Assembly (NCBI GenBank): GCA_965232605.1
Contig: CBDDQA010000003.1
Span: forward strand, 337,618-401,617
Source of the DNA: an uncultured Candidatus Binatia bacterium
Lineage (GTDB): Bacteria; Desulfobacterota; Binatia; Bin18
Length of the DNA stretch: 64,000 bases
Direction of reading: 5' to 3'
In this document: positions 59,532-64,000 of the stretch, piece by piece
Numbering within the stretch: the stretch's first letter is position 1
Layout of the letters: each line of letters starts with the position of its first letter
The notes under the pieces: generated by a model
Databases searched by the model: none
What the model was told of the DNA's origin: nothing
What the model saw: only the letters and a program-made list of their open reading frames with translations
Made by a program: the position numbers and the translations under genes

Positions 59532-59771
59532 ATGAATTACCAGGATCGGATTATCCGTGACCCACGAGTCTGTGGCGGCCAACCGGTCATCAAAGGGACA
59601 CGAGTAACGCTCGGCACGGTGTTAGCGAGCTTAGCCGAGGGAGCCAGCATCGCAGAAATCCTGACCGATTTTCCCTCGCTCGCCGAAGAAGACGTTCGTG
59701 CGGCAATCGCTTTTGCCGCGGCTTCTGCCCACGAAGACCTTCCCGTTCCCGGCGTTCCAGATAATCTGTGA
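59532..59771 (+). CDS. DUF433-domain protein (antitoxin-like)
   Basis: RVCGGQPVIKGTRVTLGTVLASLAEGASIAEILTDFPSLAEEDVRAAIAFAA. Confidence 0.7.
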   Translation: MNYQDRIIRDPRVCGGQPVIKGTRVTLGTVLASLAEGASIAEILTDFPSLAEEDVRAAIAFAAASAHEDLPVPGVPDNL

Positions 59772-60127
59772 AGATCAAGCTAGACGAAAATCTCCCCACA
59801 ACACTCGCCCATGATCTGACAAGATTAGGTCATGACTGTGATACGGTCATTGAAGAAGGGCTGAAGGGTCAACCCGATTCCGTCGTGTTGAGTTCGGCTC
59901 AACACAATCACCGTTTTCTTATTACTCAGGACCTTGACTTCTCCGATATTCGGAAGTTCAAGCCTGGATCGCACGCCGGCATTCTGCTTGTCCGCCTCAG
60001 CCTCCCAGGACGACAGGCTTTAGCAAATCGTATCCGACAAATTTTTACGACTGAAGATGTTGAGAGTTGGACCCAGTGTTTCGTAGTGGCAACAGAGCGT
60101 AAGGTCCGTATACGCCGGCCTCGCTAA
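59768..60127 (+). CDS. DUF5615-domain (PIN-like/Mut7-C-like) protein, putative toxin partner
   Basis: MKIKLDENLPTTLAHDLTRLGHDCDTV...; 4-nt overlap with DUF433 gene. Confidence 0.7.
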   Translation: MKIKLDENLPTTLAHDLTRLGHDCDTVIEEGLKGQPDSVVLSSAQHNHRFLITQDLDFSDIRKFKPGSHAGILLVRLSLPGRQALANRIRQIFTTEDVESWTQCFVVATERKVRIRRPR

Positions 60128-60169
60128 TCCCCTCATAGCCCTGACGGAAGAGAAGGGTCGGGTCTGCGG

Positions 60170-60949
60170 TTAAAACTGCACCGAGAACCCCTCGCGTTCG
60201 TCGTTCTCCTTGTCAATTACGGACGTGCGGGCGGAAGAATAGTTGCCGGCCGGATAGTAGAGAAAGCCGGACGCGCTCTGGCCGGGCTCGACGGTCATAT
60301 CCTGGAGCGCGCTGCTCCCGCTCGGGGAGGAGACCGGGGCAACCCGCCCGCCCCCTTCGGGCACCAGAAAAATCTTGCTGGCCTCAATCGCATAGGGCCG
60401 GGGCGTGTTGTTCAGGACCGTCACTCGCACGGGCAGAATCCCGCTCGCCTGGATATCGGAGCCCAGGACGTTCTGGGATTCAAAACTATTGAGCGGCACA
60501 ATGGTCAGTTGAAGCGTGCCGGTTTCGGGGTTCGCGGTTTGATACGCCTCGCGGCGCTGGATCATCTGATACGACATAGGAAAGCTGTTCACAAAATGGT
60601 GCGGACGCTCAGCCGCACCAATCAGCGACGGGACATTGACCGCATTCCGGGCGTCGATGGTGGCGCTGCTCTCGGTACATGAAATAGTAACGATCCCAGA
60701 GGTGGCATTCTCCTTTACGGCAGAAATGCGCCCGACCTGCCCCGGCCGTGCGAGTGAGTACTCAGCAATAGTATAGCCCATCGCCTGGATTGCTTTGTAC
60801 ACCAGCTGATTCGCCTCTTCACAGGACGTTGCTGTCAGCTTGGGCTTTTCTCGCACCACCCGGGGTGGCGTCTTTGGGGCGGCGCAACTGAGGATAAAAA
60901 GCGAGAGGACACACGCAGTCAGGCGAACGGGACGGACGGTCATCTTCAT
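60170..60949 (-). CDS. hypothetical lipoprotein
   Basis: AAGGAG RBS before ATG 60949; lipobox FILSCAAPK. Confidence 0.5.
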   Translation of the reverse strand: MKMTVRPVRLTACVLSLFILSCAAPKTPPRVVREKPKLTATSCEEANQLVYKAIQAMGYTIAEYSLARPGQVGRISAVKENATSGIVTISCTESSATIDARNAVNVPSLIGAAERPHHFVNSFPMSYQMIQRREAYQTANPETGTLQLTIVPLNSFESQNVLGSDIQASGILPVRVTVLNNTPRPYAIEASKIFLVPEGGGRVAPVSSPSGSSALQDMTVEPGQSASGFLYYPAGNYSSARTSVIDKENDEREGFSVQF

Positions 60950-61125
60950 GGATATTGCTCCTTGCAGTCTTGTCTGATTGGCCGGCATCCTACCATAGCG
61001 TCGGGGGGAGAGCGACACAGATGAGAGTCCGCCCGACGACCCTTCCAGCCTGTAAGAAAAGTCTGTACACTTCCCACCCGTTACGCATCGCTCACAACGC
61101 AGCCCGTCTTTCGGAGGACAGATCG

Positions 61126-61914
61126 GTGGAATTCAAAGAGGTGGTTGGTCGCAGACGCTCGATTCGGTATTTCCTGCCGTGGCGTCCGGTCGAACGGGAC
61201 AAAGTGCAAACCATTCTTGAGGCCGCGCGCTTGGCGAGCCGGGCCGGGAACGCCGACTTTGCGCGGGCCATCGTTGTCGAGCGGGATACCCTGTCACAGG
61301 CCGACCTTGAGTCGCTGACGCTGCCGGTGAACGCCGGCATGATCGAAATGGCGCCCATTCATATCTACTGGTGGGGCGACCTCAAAGCCTTTGCCCGCGA
61401 CATGCCCTCCCGCGCCGCGGAGCAGGTCGATATGGGCATCCTGAATATCAGTCATGGCTGGACGCATACTTTCATCAACGAAGTCGCCTATCCCCAGGTC
61501 GTTCAGGCCTTCAGTTCTGACGAGGTATTATGCGCCAAGGTGACAGGCTGTGAAGCCGGCCTGGCCATCTCACAGGCACTCCTTGCCGCGGTTGATGAAG
61601 GGCTCGGAACCATGCTGTGTACCTATCCTGAAGAACCGGCCCGCCAGGTGCTTGGGGTGCCGGATTCCTGGACCTCGTTGTGGGTCCAGTTCGTCGGCTA
61701 CCCGGCAGAGAGTTGGGAAGCCGGCGGCCAACGCCCCCGTCCCCCGCTGGGCGAACTGTTCCATGAGGGGAAATACGGCCAGCCCTTCCGAGGCACAGAA
61801 GAAGGAGCAGCCCGGCTGCGAGCGGCGAAAATGCTTCAGGACCCGGCGCCCTTCTCGTGGCGGAAAGAAGAAGTTCGAGCGGTGAGCCGGATGCTGGGCT
61901 TGCCGGAAGAATGA
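61126..61914 (+). CDS. nitroreductase-family protein
   Basis: GTG start after GGAGG; VEFKEVVGRRRSIRYF signature. Confidence 0.75.
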   Translation: MEFKEVVGRRRSIRYFLPWRPVERDKVQTILEAARLASRAGNADFARAIVVERDTLSQADLESLTLPVNAGMIEMAPIHIYWWGDLKAFARDMPSRAAEQVDMGILNISHGWTHTFINEVAYPQVVQAFSSDEVLCAKVTGCEAGLAISQALLAAVDEGLGTMLCTYPEEPARQVLGVPDSWTSLWVQFVGYPAESWEAGGQRPRPPLGELFHEGKYGQPFRGTEEGAARLRAAKMLQDPAPFSWRKEEVRAVSRMLGLPEE

Positions 61915-61990
61915 TGCCTTTATCCCCTCGCCCTCTGGGAGAGGGTGGCCGAAAGCCGGGTGAGGGCTCGCCGAGAGGATACCGCATCCT

Positions 61991-62350
61991 ATGCCGATGA
62001 ATATAGAGCCGATGGATATAGAGGATATGAAAACGGTCCAGACCTGGCTGAAGGGCCTGGAAGACCAGTCCGGCGTGTCCCGCGACGAGGGATTGCAGCG
62101 CGTGGCCGTCTTACAAGATTTCTGCGCCCTGGTAGACAAAGAGCCGGATCAGATCATTGCGGAGTGCTTGCGCGAGGTGGAAGGTGGAAAAAGAATTCGG
62201 GCCAAGGGCCGACGTTTTTACGCGGACAGGATCACCGAGTTTGAATCTGGCATCGGTGGGGGCGCGGGCGAAAAGCGACAAAAGGGGAATTATATCCGCA
62301 GCTTTTTGATCCATAACGGCGTCTTATTACAAACGAGCCCACTGTCATAA
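61991..62350 (+). CDS. small hypothetical protein (119 aa), paralog of 63280..63606
   Basis: Shared ...DFC.L.DK(E/D)PD.(I/V)IAE.L...(I/V)RSF(L/F)IHNG.. Confidence 0.5.
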   Translation: MPMNIEPMDIEDMKTVQTWLKGLEDQSGVSRDEGLQRVAVLQDFCALVDKEPDQIIAECLREVEGGKRIRAKGRRFYADRITEFESGIGGGAGEKRQKGNYIRSFLIHNGVLLQTSPLS

Positions 62351-62377
62351 GCTGGCATACGGCGTAAGGAGGACAGC

Positions 62378-63211
62378 ATGGATTTTCTCGAAGTCGTTGG
62401 TTCACGGCGCAGCATTCGGATTTTCAAGCCCTGGGAGCAGGTCGAAAAGGAGAAGATACAACGGATTCTCGAAGTGGCCCGTCTGACCACCTGCCCGGGC
62501 AACCTCCAGCCGTGGCGCGCCATTGTTGTTGAACGCGACAAGCTGTCAAAAGAAGATCGGGAAACCCTGCTGGCCTGTGATAACTATCAGGGGGCGCACG
62601 TCAACGCGCCGGTCTGGATCTACTGGTTTGCCGACGTGGAGGGTTCTACCGCAGACACCTTTCGGACTCGGGTCCACGATCTGGTAGACCTCGGTGCGCT
62701 GCCGACCTTCTACGGCTGGACGCATGAGACGATTGATTCGGCCATTGTCAAAGGCGAGACCGCGCCCGAAGGGATGCCGGCCATCCACTCACTGATTCAT
62801 GGTCTCCCGCGTGAGGCAGCGGAAGCCGTGGCCCGGCAGGAGACGGTTGGGGTGTGTGCGGTCGCCGTCCTGGCCGCGGTCAACGAAGGCCTGGGCACCT
62901 GCCTGCATATGGCCGCCTCGGCCGAGAAAACTCCCGACCTGCACGCCGTCCTGAACGCGCCCGAAGGCTGGGTACCGGTCTGGTGTCAATTAGTCGGCTA
63001 TCCCGCGGAGTCTCCAGATGGGGGCGGCCAACGACCGCGCCTGCCCTTTGAAACGCTCTATTATGACGGCCTCTATGGCAAGCCGTTTGCGCGCGATGCC
63101 AAGGTGGTCGAAGAATTAAAAGAAGAAAAGCTGCTCCAGGAACAAATGCCCAAGCCCGGACGTTTTGAAGAACTCAAACATCTGGCCCGCATGTTGGGTT
63201 TTCCGCTGTAG
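62378..63211 (+). CDS. nitroreductase-family protein (tandem paralog)
   Basis: MDFLEVVGSRRSIRIF... Confidence 0.8.
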   Translation: MDFLEVVGSRRSIRIFKPWEQVEKEKIQRILEVARLTTCPGNLQPWRAIVVERDKLSKEDRETLLACDNYQGAHVNAPVWIYWFADVEGSTADTFRTRVHDLVDLGALPTFYGWTHETIDSAIVKGETAPEGMPAIHSLIHGLPREAAEAVARQETVGVCAVAVLAAVNEGLGTCLHMAASAEKTPDLHAVLNAPEGWVPVWCQLVGYPAESPDGGGQRPRLPFETLYYDGLYGKPFARDAKVVEELKEEKLLQEQMPKPGRFEELKHLARMLGFPL

Positions 63212-63279
63212 GAATATATGCCCCCTCACCCGGCCTTCAGCCTGGTGAAGGCAGACTAATAGAGAAAAATACAGCAACC

Positions 63280-63606
63280 ATGAACGACTTGAAATCTTAC
63301 CCCAGCGTCCAAAAGTGGATCGAGAACGTCAATCGCTATTACCATCTCAGCGATGAGGAGTGGGACAGTCGCATTCAGACCTTGGCTGATTTCTGCCGGT
63401 CCGAGGATAAAGACCCGGATACGGTTATTGCCGAGGCCCTCGCGGACAGAGGAGAGAAGGTTGACTTTATTCGCCGTCTCAAGAGATTCGTCAAAACCCA
63501 GACCTCGAATTCACGCGTCGGACACGATTTGGAGAACATCGTGCGCTCGTTCTTTATTCATAACGGCGCCCGGGTGGTGACCCGTCCGTATCGTGCCGAT
63601 GCCTGA
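63280..63606 (+). CDS. small hypothetical protein (108 aa), paralog of 61991..62350
   Basis: see paralog. Confidence 0.5.
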   Translation: MNDLKSYPSVQKWIENVNRYYHLSDEEWDSRIQTLADFCRSEDKDPDTVIAEALADRGEKVDFIRRLKRFVKTQTSNSRVGHDLENIVRSFFIHNGARVVTRPYRADA

Positions 63607-63627
63607 ACCTGGTGTGAGACTCCGGTG

Positions 63628-64000
63628 TTAGCGCGTCTTGGCCTGGAGCGATTCCTTGAATTCCTTGAGGTCGCGCAACGCGGCGACAATATCGCTCAGT
63701 GAGTAGTACGCATTCCGCGGGCTGGTCGATGGCACCGCAAACACATGGGCGCCCCCAAAGCGGTGGTCCCGGTCGCCCAACCCGGCATCTTTGCCGCAGC
63801 AGATGCGATAGCCGGTCAACCCATTAAAGCACACGATACGCGGCGCATAGTGAACAATTTTCTCGCGGAGCGCTTTGGCGCCACGACGAAACTCAGCCTG
63901 CGAGACCTCATGAATGCCCCCGGTTGGACGCTTGACGATATCGGTCAGCCCAATACCCCAGCCCATGAGTCGGGCGTCATCTTCCGGCCCGACCGGGTCG
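63628..64000 (-). CDS. mug: G/U mismatch-specific DNA glycosylase (Mug/TDG family), C-terminal part; N-terminus beyond window end
   Basis: ...GIGLTDIVKRPT...HVFAVPSTSPRNAYY..L..L aligns with Mug VTKLVDRPT...IWVLPNPSGLS; reverse frame open to 64000. Confidence 0.55.
   Translation of the reverse strand, partial: DPVGPEDDARLMGWGIGLTDIVKRPTGGIHEVSQAEFRRGAKALREKIVHYAPRIVCFNGLTGYRICCGKDAGLGDRDHRFGGAHVFAVPSTSPRNAYYSLSDIVAALRDLKEFKESLQAKTR

Overview
The window is a high-GC (roughly 60-65%) bacterial chromosomal segment with dense coding on both strands, probably Gram-negative and selenocysteine-utilising, reconstructed by own reading plus the ORF track; annotation layers are listed here, the standout findings in the next paragraph. 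Housekeeping: mutS 5' part (reverse strand, runs off the left edge, missed by the ORF track), acyl-CoA dehydrogenase, a stand-alone EF-G paralog, tRNA-Leu(TAA), tmRNA next to smpB, panC-panB, mtnA, holA, an sdhA-sdhB-hdrB-like (type E) succinate dehydrogenase/fumarate reductase, ychF, a partial mug at the right edge, three CaiB/BaiF CoA-transferases, MaoC hydratases and two luciferase-like oxidoreductases. Accessory: two IS5-family (IS427-like, orfAB frameshift) elements, about 88% identical, in inverted orientation at 4.8 kb and 30.2 kb, each with its own CTAG-type target duplication; they bracket a 24.5 kb segment next to the tRNA-Leu gene. Two REP/MITE-like repeat families, two two-copy direct-repeat loci around ychF, vapBC and hsdR remnants, an ATPase pseudogene and a DUF433/DUF5615 toxin-antitoxin-like pair complete the accessory layer. 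Standout findings: (1) Three selenoprotein candidates with in-frame TGA codons, each followed about 10 nt downstream by a SECIS-like hairpin. Two are UGSC-family genes (motif Sec-Gly-Ser-Cys), each adjacent to, or in one case translationally fused with, paralogous copies of an uncharacterised ~380-aa partner domain (conserved GW[ST]DGLP..PPT), which looks like a two-component system of unknown function. The third is a thioredoxin-fold redoxin with a W-U-P-F-C redox motif. No selA/selB/selD/tRNA-Sec is present in the window. (2) A six-gene co-directional operon (10602-19241) combining a cytoplasmic TerY-like vWA protein, a zinc-ribbon FHA protein, a zinc-ribbon pseudokinase fused to a PP2C phosphatase, an active Hanks-type Ser/Thr kinase with a duplicated ectodomain, a polytopic FHA membrane protein and an extracytoplasmic vWA-TM-FHA sensor. 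It is preceded by two c-type cytochrome genes.
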